Origin: a virus | Virus record (IMG/VR): IMGVR_UViG_3300049845_000008 | Location: 9,811 to 73,810 of that record | Direction: 5' to 3' (one strand) | DNA: 64,000 bases | Position numbers and translations under genes: made by a program | Shown here: positions 27,466-37,299 of the stretch, one piece after another | Position numbering within the stretch: the stretch's first letter is position 1 | Layout of the letters: the number at the start of each line of letters is the position of its first letter | The notes under the pieces: model-generated | Seen by the model: only the letters and a program-made list of their open reading frames with translations | Databases searched by the model: none | What the model was told of the DNA's origin: nothing

Positions 27466-30303
27466 TTATGGGTCAAGATGCAACGCAACCGTGATGACGT
27501 TTGCGTTGACTACCGAAGGAGCGGAGTTTACGCGGAACTGAATGACGTTACCGGCAGCGATGACACCCGAAGACCATCCGGTGATGGAAGCACTGGTGTT
27601 CTTGCGAAGCGTGTCTAGTCGTGGAGAATTTGTCTGAGAAATCATGACTTCGTTCGTGAAGTCTGCAAGAGTAGTTGTCCAGATATCTACGCGAATCGTA
27701 GCCGATGCCGAATTTGCATCCGACATGATTGACCATCCTGCGATGTTGCAGGCTTGTGAAGTGTAGATATAGCCCTTACTCTGTGCGGCTTCCGTAGTAC
27801 CTGTCGCAATGATTGCTCCACCACCGTCGATGATGAAGTTGAGTGTGCGAGGACCGGCAATACCTTGAATGCCTGTGAGTCCTTGAAGACCCGTCGTTCC
27901 TTGCGATCCGGTTCCGGTCGTGCCTTGCGTTCCTTGAAGTCCAGTTAGCCCCTGCAAGCCGGTAGCACCTTGCGTCCCTGCACCGGTAGTACCTTGAGTT
28001 CCTTGAAGTCCAGTCAGCCCTTGAAGCCCCGTTGCGCCCTGTGTGCCTGCACCCGTGGTTCCTTGCGTCCCTTGAATGCCTTGCAGACCTGTAGTACCTT
28101 GCGAGCCGGTTCCAGTCAGACCTTGCAATCCGGTGGCACCCTGAGTTCCTGTTCCAGTTGTTCCTTGAGTTCCTTGAAGTCCAGTCAAACCCTGAATACC
28201 GGTTGCGCCTTGAGTTCCCGCGCCGGTTGTACCCTGCGTTCCTTGCAGACCAGTTAGCCCCTGAATGCCTGTTGCACCCTGAGTTCCGGTTCCGGTCGTT
28301 CCCTGAATACCTTGCAACCCGGTCGTGCCTTGTGCGCCCGTGGTGCCTTGGCTACCGGTTCCTGTGAGTCCTTGCAGACCCGTTGCACCTTGCGTGCCGG
28401 TTCCGGTTGTGCCTTGTGTTCCCTGAAGTCCGGTGAGTCCTTGCAGACCTGTTGTACCTTGGCTACCCGAACCCGTAAGTCCTTGCAGCCCCGTCGTTCC
28501 CTGCGAGCCAGTGGTTCCTTGCAGCCCCGTCGTTCCCTGCGAGCCAGTGGTTCCTTGAAGACCTGTGGTGCCTTGTGAACCGGTAGCACCCTGAGTACCT
28601 GCGCCCGTGGTTCCCTGAATACCTTGAAGTCCGGTCGTACCCTGACTTCCGCTTCCAGTCAAACCTTGCAGACCGGTTGAGCCTTGAGTACCCGTTGCGC
28701 CTTGTGTTCCCGCACCAGTGATGCCTTGAATACCCTGAATACCGGTTGCACCCTGACTTCCGCTGCCGGTCAATCCCTGTAGACCAGTGGTTCCCTGTGA
28801 TCCTGTTGTGCCTTGGCTTCCAGTGAGTCCTTGTAGTCCTGTTGCACCTTGAGTTCCGGTTGCACCCTGCGCACCCGAACCAGTCAATCCCTGTAGACCC
28901 GTCGTACCCTGTGAACCGGTGAGTCCTTGCAGCCCTGTGGTTCCTTGTGAGCCAGTGGTTCCCTGAAGTCCGGTTGTTCCCTGCCGACCTTGCAAGCCTT
29001 GGATGCCTTGTAGCCCGGTGGCACCTTGCGAACCACTCGTTCCCTGCGCACCATTCGTTCCCTGAGAACCTGTAAGTCCCTGAATGCCTGTGAGTCCTTG
29101 AAGACCCGTCGTGCCTTGTGCGCCGGTTGTTCCCTGTGAGCCTGTAAGCCCCTGTAGACCAGTTGCGCCTTGCGTACCGGTCGATCCCTGTAGCCCGGTG
29201 GTTCCTTGTGAACCTGTGGATCCCTGTAGACCAGTCGTACCCTGCGAGCCTGTGGATCCCTGTAGACCAGTGGTTCCCTGTGAGCCTGTAAGCCCCTGTA
29301 GTCCTGTAGTGCCTTGCGATCCTGTTGCGCCCTGTGTACCGGCACCGGTCGCACCTTGAGGACCAGTTGCACCGGGAGTTCCTGCGAGGTTGATGCTCCA
29401 AGAAGTGAACGTACCTGTGCCGATGACAGAAGCAACGTCAACCACCAACTGTCCGTTTCCGGCGTTGTAGGAGTTGACCGTACCTTCCATGGAGTGCGTC
29501 GAGTCATTCGCAATGATGACCGTCTGCCCTGCTGAGTAAGCCAAACCAGTGTCTACCGTCAGTGTCTTCTGTGCGACGGTAATCGAAAGAGAAGTCGTAG
29601 AGGTTGTTACGTATTGGTCGCCGGGTTCACCGAGCGTTCCTTGAACACCCTGAATGCCTTGCAGACCTGTAGTACCTTGCGTACCCGTTGAACCTTGCAA
29701 TCCGGTCGTGCCTTGAGAACCTGTAGTTCCTTGGCGACCCTGAATGCCTTGAATACCCTGCAAACCAGTGGTGCCTTGAGTGCCTGTGGTTCCTTGTGCA
29801 CCATTCGTTCCCTGTGTGCCGGTTGCACCTTGCGTGCCTGTGCCGGTGAGTCCTTGCAGACCCGTTGCACCTTGCGTACCTGTGCCTGTGGTTCCCTGTG
29901 CACCGGTCGAACCCTGCGTACCACTTCCGGTCAACCCCTGAATGCCGGTCGAACCTTGTGTGCCTGTGAGTCCTTGAAGTCCAGTGGTTCCCTGTGTTCC
30001 TGCGCCCGTGGTGCCTTGCGTTCCGGTTGCGCCTTGTAATCCAGTGGTGCCTTGAACACCCTGAATGCCTTGGGATCCGTCGCCCGTTCCACCGCCGCCT
30101 GCCGGTCCTTGAATACCCTGAATGCCTTGTGCGCCGTTGCCCGTTCCACCACCGGGACCGACAAAGTATCCGGCTGAGTTGATGACGAGTTGATTACCAA
30201 CCTGAACCTCGGCTGCATTGACAACACCGTTCGCCAACACCACGTTTGCGAGCGTGTTGCTGCTGTTAATGCGAATCTGTTTTGAGGTAGGCTTGTTTGG
30301 CAT
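27466..30303 (-). CDS. Collagen-like fibre protein 2
   Basis: Long (GxQGxT)n tracts, internal TSTTSL.I globular domain, C-terminal [12 protein letters not shown] domain. Confidence 0.85.
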   Translation of the reverse strand: MPNKPTSKQIRINSSNTLANVVLANGVVNAAEVQVGNQLVINSAGYFVGPGGGTGNGAQGIQGIQGPAGGGGTGDGSQGIQGVQGTTGLQGATGTQGTTGAGTQGTTGLQGLTGTQGSTGIQGLTGSGTQGSTGAQGTTGTGTQGATGLQGLTGTGTQGATGTQGTNGAQGTTGTQGTTGLQGIQGIQGRQGTTGSQGTTGLQGSTGTQGTTGLQGIQGVQGTLGEPGDQYVTTSTTSLSITVAQKTLTVDTGLAYSAGQTVIIANDSTHSMEGTVNSYNAGNGQLVVDVASVIGTGTFTSWSINLAGTPGATGPQGATGAGTQGATGSQGTTGLQGLTGSQGTTGLQGSTGSQGTTGLQGSTGSQGTTGLQGSTGTQGATGLQGLTGSQGTTGAQGTTGLQGLTGIQGLTGSQGTNGAQGTSGSQGATGLQGIQGLQGRQGTTGLQGTTGSQGTTGLQGLTGSQGTTGLQGLTGSGAQGATGTQGATGLQGLTGSQGTTGSQGTTGLQGLTGSGSQGATGIQGIQGITGAGTQGATGTQGSTGLQGLTGSGSQGTTGLQGIQGTTGAGTQGATGSQGTTGLQGTTGSQGTTGLQGTTGSQGTTGLQGLTGSGSQGTTGLQGLTGLQGTQGTTGTGTQGATGLQGLTGTGSQGTTGAQGTTGLQGIQGTTGTGTQGATGIQGLTGLQGTQGTTGAGTQGATGIQGLTGLQGTQGTTGTGTQGATGLQGLTGTGSQGTTGLQGIQGTQGTTGAGTQGATGLQGLTGLQGTQGTTGAGTQGATGLQGLTGLQGTQGTTGTGSQGTTGLQGLTGIQGIAGPRTLNFIIDGGGAIIATGTTEAAQSKGYIYTSQACNIAGWSIMSDANSASATIRVDIWTTTLADFTNEVMISQTNSPRLDTLRKNTSASITGWSSGVIAAGNVIQFRVNSAPSVVNANVITVALHLDP
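28481..28552. repeat. Two exact tandem 36-bp units within collagen gene 2
   Basis: ccttgcagccccgtcgttccctgcgagccagtggtt x2. Confidence 0.8.
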
Positions 30304-30327
30304 GTTCTTTTTCCGGAAGGATCCTGA

Positions 30328-30334
30328 TATTTAG
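30328..30334 (-). promoter_or_regulatory. Late promoter CTAAATA
   Basis: Intergenic, upstream of collagen fibre 2. Confidence 0.7.
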
Positions 30335-30336
30335 GC

Positions 30337-30783
30337 TTATGCCCAAATCCTTCGCCTGTTCTTTACGTTTGCAGGATCGAATAGCTTCACGTTATTCGGT
30401 CCCACATAGCCGGGAGGTTCGCCTGCGCGTGAGATATCTTCCCATACCAGACCGGGAATGAGGGAAAGAATGCGAGTTCGCTCAAAGACGTTGCCTTCTG
30501 TGGGCATTCCTTCTGTTAACAGTTCTTCTAACGCGCCACCGGCAATCAGAATATTCACATGATGCCCATAGACGATTTCGGGTGGAGTCGTCGGAATGCC
30601 ATTGACAAAGACGGATTCCTTCTTTACTAGGTTGCCAATCTCGTCCACATGAAGTCCCGGCACATAGAGTAAAGAACCGGTTTCGGTTATGGTCGCGAGT
30701 GGCGTTCCATCCGGCAGATAGGTCGAGGTCATTCCTTGAATGAATTCTTCTCTTGTCGGAACGTAGACTAGAATCTCAATCAT
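30337..30783 (-). CDS. Hypothetical protein, probable partner of the upstream repeat protein
   Basis: HVDEIG...GHHVNI...P...RRIWA; 3 nt from the upstream gene. Confidence 0.6.
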   Translation of the reverse strand: MIEILVYVPTREEFIQGMTSTYLPDGTPLATITETGSLLYVPGLHVDEIGNLVKKESVFVNGIPTTPPEIVYGHHVNILIAGGALEELLTEGMPTEGNVFERTRILSLIPGLVWEDISRAGEPPGYVGPNNVKLFDPANVKNRRRIWA

Positions 30784-30786
30784 GCG

Positions 30787-33700
30787 TCATTCTCCCTTCT
30801 TCACCATTTCTCTAAGAGCGAGGGTGGTGATTCCAAAAGGAATGAACACGAATCTCTTGATGCAGGAGTTGAAAGCATTGTTGGTTGTTTGACCAAATCG
30901 AATTGTGTAACCACCCCTAAACGTACCGTTGCCTTGAGCTTCTGAGGATGTTGTGGCTCTTGTTCCACAATATGCACGGAGCGTTCTTCCTTCGTCACCC
31001 CACGACATAGCCATCTTGTAGGTACCCGGCTTAGACAACTGAGGCATTGCCGCAGAGACAACAGCGTTAGAGAAGTTTATTGAGGCTGGATTGTTGTTGT
31101 AGCCGATGGTTTGATTGCCGATGTTTCCTAAGTTTGTAATTGTCGCATAATGCCCATAGAAGTATTGCATCGTAGGGTTCTGAACGAATTCGATGTATAT
31201 GGTTCCCTGACCGGTTGAAAATGCTGATGAATAAGCAGTATTAGACAACAGAACAGTCTCGACCGCTCTGGTAGCCGCTACCGTTTCGGTGTAGATGGGA
31301 GTCGTCATAATTCCAGAGGATGCTCCAACAGGCGGAATCTCAATCTGTGCAAAGTCGAGTGCAAGTTCATCACCAGAGGTTACGATTCTGATACCACAAG
31401 CAGGATTGCTTGTGATGGAAGACAAATACACGCGAGTCCAGTTCTCATCGATTGAGAAGTCTGTCCATATCAGCCCGTCCATGCTGATCTGAACGACACC
31501 CGTGCCGGTCAGCCGCTTCACATAGATTCCCGATGCCCACCATCCGTGTCCGCGAGTGATTTGCTGAATAATGGTTGCATTGGCTCCGGTCGCGGTAAAC
31601 CGTGTGGCGGTGTTTACTCTGCCGTCAATACCAGTCTCCGTCAGAGCAACGGTAGCATTGGTCTTTGTCCATGCTGATTGGGTGCCATCACGACACCACA
31701 GAAGTTCATTGGTTCTTGCTTCCTCTTGAAACAGCCCGTTACAGACTGGCATTGTCTTGAGAAGAGCATAGTATGGATATATCTGATTGGTTGCTTCATA
31801 CGTAGTGTTTGCATTGGCTTGTTCTAGCTGCGCACCCCAAATGCGAATGCCGTCCGATCCATTCGGTGTAAATGTGTTGAAGATTGAGTTTGAGTTCAGT
31901 CCTGCGCTCACGTTCAGGCTTGAACGGGGTCCAGTGAGAATGGTTCCGCGAGTGACTGTTGTTCCCGTATTTGCTTTCACCGAGCAACGATACCAACCAT
32001 CACCCACCGAATTGATTTCGGTCGTATTGGCGTAAACTCCGTTTGCGATGAGCGTTCCGGAAATCAGGTTGTAGGTCGCTGAGTGACCCACCGGATTTGT
32101 TGCATCCGAACCAACGCCCAACATGAGCGTATGATATTCATCAGCCTTTGCGTAGACTGAGAAAGTGTGTGGTACTGTTGATGTTGTAGCCGGTCTTTGG
32201 AAGATGCCGTGGGTATTTGAGCTTACACCAGTTCCGATGAGTTTCAGTGCGTTGTTCCCACCATCCGGTGAAGGATAGAAGATTGGAGCATATGCATATT
32301 GGGCTGTAGCGGTGGTACTGTTGGCAAAGGCTTCGTTGACATTTCCCGGCACAACCTGCGCCTTGTACAGAATCACATCGGAGTTGGCTACGGCTACATG
32401 AGAAGGTGCGCGACCATTCACGATACTATTGCCAGTGAAAGATATGGTCAAACCGGCTGCGCCGGAAGTCAGATTCGAAGTGGCTGTCATTATCAAATCG
32501 TAGACACCATTACCTACGCTAATAATGCTTGGAGTACAGTTGAAGGAGTTTTCAATTGCTCCGGTGGTGACGTTGAAGTTGGCAAATGAGTTTGGGAAGT
32601 TTGATCCACTACCAGAAAGCTGAATGATGGATTGAGCATTTGCGCCAGTTCCTTTCTTGACACGCACACTACTTGTATATTCTGTTCCGGAGTATGATTG
32701 AAAACCGGCACTGGCAATCATGTGTTGCGATGAACCCACTGTTGCGGTAAACACATTTGCGCCGGGAGAGCCGGTGACAGATCCGCCTGTTTTTGTCCAG
32801 TTAGACAGTGAGAAATCTTCAGACGATTGCACCAAACTTGCCTTGATGTTTGCAGATAGAGCGGTCCAATAGATGTAGAAGTCTTCCGAAGAAACAAGAA
32901 GATTCTTACTGGACGTATTCGCCATGTAGGACGAAAGTGGTCCTTCTTCAAACTGCGCACCCCAAATGTACATGTATTTGGTAGGGTCGCCAGTGTACGT
33001 GGCTTGTCCATCGGCTGTATTGATGTACAGGTTAGGGTTCAAGCTATTCGTTACTGATGTAAACGTGACAGAGCAACGATACCACCCGTTTCCAACATTG
33101 GCGATTGCGGCTGTGTGGAGAGAGTTTGCCGTTGCGACGGTTCCGCCTGCAATATTGAACCATGTTCTTACACCACCATCAGGACTCAAGGAAATGAAAT
33201 CTCTATTTCCTTGCTTCACATAGTAACTCAGCGTGTACACTTTACCGGGAATGAATGCGACTATGTTTGGCGACCGGTTCAGAATGTGGTTGTTATTAAC
33301 AGAGGTTTCTGAAAGCTTGGCTGCGGTGTATGAACCATCCGGAGCGGTGGTTTCCGGAGTGTCCGGAATGAGTGTTGTCGATCCTCCTGCGGTTGACCAA
33401 TTGGCACCAACGAAATTATCTGAGGATGGAATGATGTTCTTATTCGTCCATGAACAGAACTGCCAGTCGAAACGCGGCAGTCCGTAATTGGTTTCGATGA
33501 ATGGTGAAGCAGAAGCACCTGCCTCAATTTGTACACCCCAAACATACACACTGGATATATCGTCGCCAGTATAGGTGAAGTTGAGTGCGTCGGTTACTTG
33601 CTGTGCCAGAGAAAAGAAAGCACTGGATACGCCCGATGATTGAGCGACCCAAGAAACCACGCAGCGATACCAACCATCACCAACATCCGTAATAGAGGCA

Positions 33701-34344
33701 GTGGCAGAACCGGTTCCATTGACGCTTGTGGCTGTTCCGTTTTGAAGGTCGAACACTCCACCAGATGATCCGCTGACAGCAAAGTTTCCATATATCTGAA
33801 AGAATCGACTACCGACACCCGCTTTAGCATAAGCAGAATATGTGTAGGTGTTGCCACCGACAACAGTGACAACAGCAGCACTTGTCACCAATTGATGAAC
33901 AGATGAAACGCTACTCTCTGTGATCAGACAGGCTGACAGAGAACCATTTGGCGCAGGAAAATTCTCACCCAAATAAACGTTGTTTTTCTGCCATACGTTA
34001 TTGTCACCAAACCTTTGATATGCTCCTGACAAAATTTGATTTGGATTGGTCGTTGAATACTTCAACAGACCGTCTTGCCCAATATAGCTGCCGTTGGATG
34101 GACGAGTGAAGATGATCTGATCCATCGCGCTGCCCTTACCAAACCCCTTTACGTATCCAATGTTGTTGGAGAAGTCAAGGTCGATGGTGGCTCCCGGCAG
34201 AATGCCGATATCCTTGTATTCGCCTTCTGTGATTGGAAGCGTTCTGAGCTTCTTGCGCAGATTCGGACCACGCGAAAGGGCTGATCCTTGCACAGCAAGG
34301 TCAGTCGTCATGCGATTCAGCCCATGGGATAGCTTTTCACTCAT
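30787..34344 (-). CDS. Large virion spike/fibre protein with repeated carbohydrate-binding-like (jelly-roll) modules
   Basis: Three clear repeats P.G...A.(K/L)...H...(Y/H)T.S.Y.K...GWYRC...WG.Q.E plus divergent copies. Confidence 0.75.
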   Translation of the reverse strand: MSEKLSHGLNRMTTDLAVQGSALSRGPNLRKKLRTLPITEGEYKDIGILPGATIDLDFSNNIGYVKGFGKGSAMDQIIFTRPSNGSYIGQDGLLKYSTTNPNQILSGAYQRFGDNNVWQKNNVYLGENFPAPNGSLSACLITESSVSSVHQLVTSAAVVTVVGGNTYTYSAYAKAGVGSRFFQIYGNFAVSGSSGGVFDLQNGTATSVNGTGSATASITDVGDGWYRCVVSWVAQSSGVSSAFFSLAQQVTDALNFTYTGDDISSVYVWGVQIEAGASASPFIETNYGLPRFDWQFCSWTNKNIIPSSDNFVGANWSTAGGSTTLIPDTPETTAPDGSYTAAKLSETSVNNNHILNRSPNIVAFIPGKVYTLSYYVKQGNRDFISLSPDGGVRTWFNIAGGTVATANSLHTAAIANVGNGWYRCSVTFTSVTNSLNPNLYINTADGQATYTGDPTKYMYIWGAQFEEGPLSSYMANTSSKNLLVSSEDFYIYWTALSANIKASLVQSSEDFSLSNWTKTGGSVTGSPGANVFTATVGSSQHMIASAGFQSYSGTEYTSSVRVKKGTGANAQSIIQLSGSGSNFPNSFANFNVTTGAIENSFNCTPSIISVGNGVYDLIMTATSNLTSGAAGLTISFTGNSIVNGRAPSHVAVANSDVILYKAQVVPGNVNEAFANSTTATAQYAYAPIFYPSPDGGNNALKLIGTGVSSNTHGIFQRPATTSTVPHTFSVYAKADEYHTLMLGVGSDATNPVGHSATYNLISGTLIANGVYANTTEINSVGDGWYRCSVKANTGTTVTRGTILTGPRSSLNVSAGLNSNSIFNTFTPNGSDGIRIWGAQLEQANANTTYEATNQIYPYYALLKTMPVCNGLFQEEARTNELLWCRDGTQSAWTKTNATVALTETGIDGRVNTATRFTATGANATIIQQITRGHGWWASGIYVKRLTGTGVVQISMDGLIWTDFSIDENWTRVYLSSITSNPACGIRIVTSGDELALDFAQIEIPPVGASSGIMTTPIYTETVAATRAVETVLLSNTAYSSAFSTGQGTIYIEFVQNPTMQYFYGHYATITNLGNIGNQTIGYNNNPASINFSNAVVSAAMPQLSKPGTYKMAMSWGDEGRTLRAYCGTRATTSSEAQGNGTFRGGYTIRFGQTTNNAFNSCIKRFVFIPFGITTLALREMVKKGE

Positions 34345-34358
34345 GGTGAGTTAGACTC

Positions 34359-34778
34359 TTAGTAGTCTTCAGCCATCGCAACAAACGTCATCGACCTACC
34401 GGCTGTGATAGCGACCTGAGAATTGGCTCTCAGCACATAGCCTGCGGGAAGTGGCAGCACGCGCTTTCCGTTCGCATCGTATGGAAGCGAAGGGAATAGA
34501 GTACCACCGAGAAGATCAGTGGTTGCGGTAGTACCGTTGTTACCGGCAGCAACCGCAACTTGCGTAGAGCCGATGTAGATATCCTGTGCGCCATCGTGAA
34601 CATAGATGTTGACAGTTCTTGCGGCTGTGTCGGTGGAAACGGCATGAAGTGACTTCACAACAGAATCATTCGTTCCAGCCGTGAATACGTTCACGATGCC
34701 AGTGCCGTTGGCATTGACGAGAACATTGGCTGTCAGCTTGAAATTCTGCGTGAAATAGAGGTTAGTTGACTTTGGCAT
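34359..34778 (-). CDS. Hypothetical virion protein
   Basis: Beta-rich 139-aa ORF tightly packed in the fibre operon. Confidence 0.6.
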   Translation of the reverse strand: MPKSTNLYFTQNFKLTANVLVNANGTGIVNVFTAGTNDSVVKSLHAVSTDTAARTVNIYVHDGAQDIYIGSTQVAVAAGNNGTTATTDLLGGTLFPSLPYDANGKRVLPLPAGYVLRANSQVAITAGRSMTFVAMAEDY

Positions 34779-34779
34779 G

Positions 34780-35700
34780 TTAGTATCCCGTTAAAATTAG
34801 ATTGGTGAGGGTTTGAAGAGGAACGGTGTTTGCATCAGCCCCGGTTGTTCCCTGAATACCTTGTGCACCCGATCCTGTGGTTCCCTGCAAACCAAAGGAT
34901 CCCTGAATACCGGTTAAACCCTGAATGCCCGTGGTTCCTTGAATGCCTTGTGCACCAGTGATACCTTGCAGTCCACTGAAACCCTGAATGCCCGTTGCTC
35001 CTTGAGAGCCTGTGATGCCTTGAGAGCCTGTGATGCCTTGTAGTCCAACAGAACCCTGTGTGCCTGTGGCTCCTTGAATACCGGTCGATCCTTGAGTTCC
35101 GATGGCTCCCTGCGATCCTGTCGATCCCTGAGTACCTGTCGAACCCTGAATACCAGTGAGTCCCTGTGTTCCGATGATGCCTTGCGTTCCGTCAGAACCT
35201 TGAATGCCTGTCGATCCCTGAGTACCGGTGGCACCCTGAACACCCGCACCCGTGACACCCTGAACACCATAGAATCCCTGAATACCGGTCGCGCCTTGCG
35301 ATCCCGAACCCGTTGCACCCTGAAGTCCCTGAAGTCCTGTGGCACCCTGTACACCGTCGATGATGCCGATGGAAGTGAAGATACGAGCTTCGACCGTATC
35401 ACCTTCGTCGGGAGCGACCACAAAGTTAAGGGTATTCCCCGAGAGTGTGTAATGAGTATTAGGAACCTGAACGACACCGTTGAGGGTGACGATGATAAAG
35501 TCAGTTCCGTAAGGACGATGGCTCAGAACATAGGAAGACTCAGCTACGCCTGCGACAAACGTATCGCTGATGATGGTAGTGTTACCATCCGTACCGTCCG
35601 ATCCCGGCACGCCTGCGCGAATGTTGATGGTTCCTAGGGACGATACCGGGGATACCTCAACCTTGCCGACGCGATTCTGAGACTTGATTTCAACCTTCAT
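34780..35700 (-). CDS. Collagen-like fibre protein 3
   Basis: IIVTLNGVVQVP..HYTLSGNTLNF..AP domain followed by GxQGxT repeats. Confidence 0.8.
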   Translation of the reverse strand: MKVEIKSQNRVGKVEVSPVSSLGTINIRAGVPGSDGTDGNTTIISDTFVAGVAESSYVLSHRPYGTDFIIVTLNGVVQVPNTHYTLSGNTLNFVVAPDEGDTVEARIFTSIGIIDGVQGATGLQGLQGATGSGSQGATGIQGFYGVQGVTGAGVQGATGTQGSTGIQGSDGTQGIIGTQGLTGIQGSTGTQGSTGSQGAIGTQGSTGIQGATGTQGSVGLQGITGSQGITGSQGATGIQGFSGLQGITGAQGIQGTTGIQGLTGIQGSFGLQGTTGSGAQGIQGTTGADANTVPLQTLTNLILTGY

Positions 35701-36029
35701 TACCTAGTGACCTGTGGCGTAATCGTGACAATGCCTTCGATGACGCGAATGGTCACGTTGGAACTGTCTGTCATTTTGAGGTCGTAGAGATACCGTCCCG
35801 GCTTGATGTTGGCTGTGTTGGCTGCGGGAATGGAGAGGCGAACCAATCCGTTTGCGGCGTCTTCTTTCGTGACCGTGATGATGGCTGTCGCGTTGACCGA
35901 GTAATAGGACTTACGAATTTCAGCCGAAAACGTACTGTCGGTGATGTTGATCACCGAGTTGTCGTCGTTCGTTAGATTGATGGTAGACGAAAATGTTGCG
36001 CCTTGATCAATGGTGAGTTCTGCATACAT
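35700..36029 (-). CDS. Small beta-sandwich virion adaptor (IDQGATF family)
   Basis: LTIDQGATFS, IRKSYYS, PGRYLYDL, RVIEGIVTITPQVT. Confidence 0.7.
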   Translation of the reverse strand: MYAELTIDQGATFSSTINLTNDDNSVINITDSTFSAEIRKSYYSVNATAIITVTKEDAANGLVRLSIPAANTANIKPGRYLYDLKMTDSSNVTIRVIEGIVTITPQVTR

Positions 36030-36056
36030 GTGGAACGTTCCTCTGAGGATTCCAGT

Positions 36057-36063
36057 TATTTAG
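36057..36063 (-). promoter_or_regulatory. Late promoter CTAAATA
   Basis: Intergenic, followed by a GAGGA RBS. Confidence 0.7.
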
Positions 36064-36073
36064 GCGTAAGGGA

Positions 36074-37297
36074 TTACGTACCACCTTCGACGGTCGCGGT
36101 TGCCACTATGTAGCAATTGACATTGGCTACAGTAACGTTATCACTGCGTCTGCGGAACTCCAACCAACCCGTCGCAGTAGAATCTGCTTGTCCTAATCCA
36201 GTCTTTTTCGCATAGCAACCCCAAGACAAATCGTTTGAGACTTGATGCCATGTGTTTGCGGTATTGCCAAGAAGTGTGGTGTTGCCCGTGGCTGCAATTC
36301 TGGTAAATCGAACATCAAAGTTCGATGTAATCGTGGAGTCTGACGAAGAAAACAATCTTTTCAGCCATGTCTGATAATATCCAGAAGACCCATTGGCTGT
36401 GGCGTACACGAATGAACTAGCCTCGGCTGAACCCGGATCAAATCCCATCGCATCAGCAAAATATTCAAATGCAGTCTTTCCCGTAGGGTAGGTATTTCCT
36501 TTGAATCCCATCTCATCGGCACCCAAGAAATCTCTTATCTTGATGGTTCCGGAGGCTGGAATGAATCCATTATACCCCACGGCTGTTGGACTGGTCACAT
36601 AGCTGCCACCGCGTAGAAATGCTCTCAGATTATTAGCGGTCGAGTTGGTATACCACGTTAGCCTAACCTGCCCGGCTGCGCCGTCGCCACCCGTAGTGAT
36701 GGTGGAGTTAGCAGGACCGCCACCACCACCGGGCGCGGTGCCGTCGAGAGTCGGCGCACCACCTGCGCCGCCACTGGATCCTGCACCTCCGGATGACACG
36801 TTACCGTTCGCACCGGCTGTGTTGACAACATTCAGTTCCATGTATGAGTGTATGGTTGAATTAACACCTCCCGCCAAACCAGAATCCGTTTTTCCACCGC
36901 TGCCACCGTCTGCGGTCAGTGTGGCGCTACCATAACCCGGAACACTGTTGGCAGAAGAAAATCCACCAGAGGAACCATTGGCACTAGAAGCACCACCTGC
37001 GCCACCCGTACCGACTTTATATCCGATTGAGGTTGTGCCGGGAATAACAGGCACAGTGACACTGAGATAAGCACCACCGCCGCCACCATACTCTGAAAAG
37101 ATAGCATTGTAGCCGCGACCACCGCCACCGCCACCCCACAATTCGATCTTACACCAGACAGCATCCGAAGGAGCGGTCGAATATCCAGTAGCCCCGGAAG
37201 TGGTGTATGTGTCCGTGCGCGAGACACCACCATAGGTGTACGCATCCCTGATATCAGAGAGGAAGATCGTCCCCGAATTAGCAATACCGCGACCCAT
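36074..37297 (-). CDS. Glycine-rich fibre tip/adhesin-like protein
   Basis: SGTIFLSDI N-terminus, WGGGGGG/GGGGGAY poly-Gly loops; follows the chaperone-bearing fibre. Confidence 0.7.
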   Translation of the reverse strand: MGRGIANSGTIFLSDIRDAYTYGGVSRTDTYTTSGATGYSTAPSDAVWCKIELWGGGGGGRGYNAIFSEYGGGGGAYLSVTVPVIPGTTSIGYKVGTGGAGGASSANGSSGGFSSANSVPGYGSATLTADGGSGGKTDSGLAGGVNSTIHSYMELNVVNTAGANGNVSSGGAGSSGGAGGAPTLDGTAPGGGGGPANSTITTGGDGAAGQVRLTWYTNSTANNLRAFLRGGSYVTSPTAVGYNGFIPASGTIKIRDFLGADEMGFKGNTYPTGKTAFEYFADAMGFDPGSAEASSFVYATANGSSGYYQTWLKRLFSSSDSTITSNFDVRFTRIAATGNTTLLGNTANTWHQVSNDLSWGCYAKKTGLGQADSTATGWLEFRRRSDNVTVANVNCYIVATATVEGGT

Positions 37298-37299
37298 GA

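Noticed and set aside
23800-30130. Periodic 18/36-bp repeats as a possible CRISPR array or DGR
   Set aside because: Coding, contiguous and degenerate at third positions; no unique spacers, cas genes or reverse transcriptase
23468-30227. Many alternative-frame ORFs (RVRKVQ/HREP-type) in the collagen genes
   Set aside because: By-products of the 18-bp periodic repeats lacking stops in other frames
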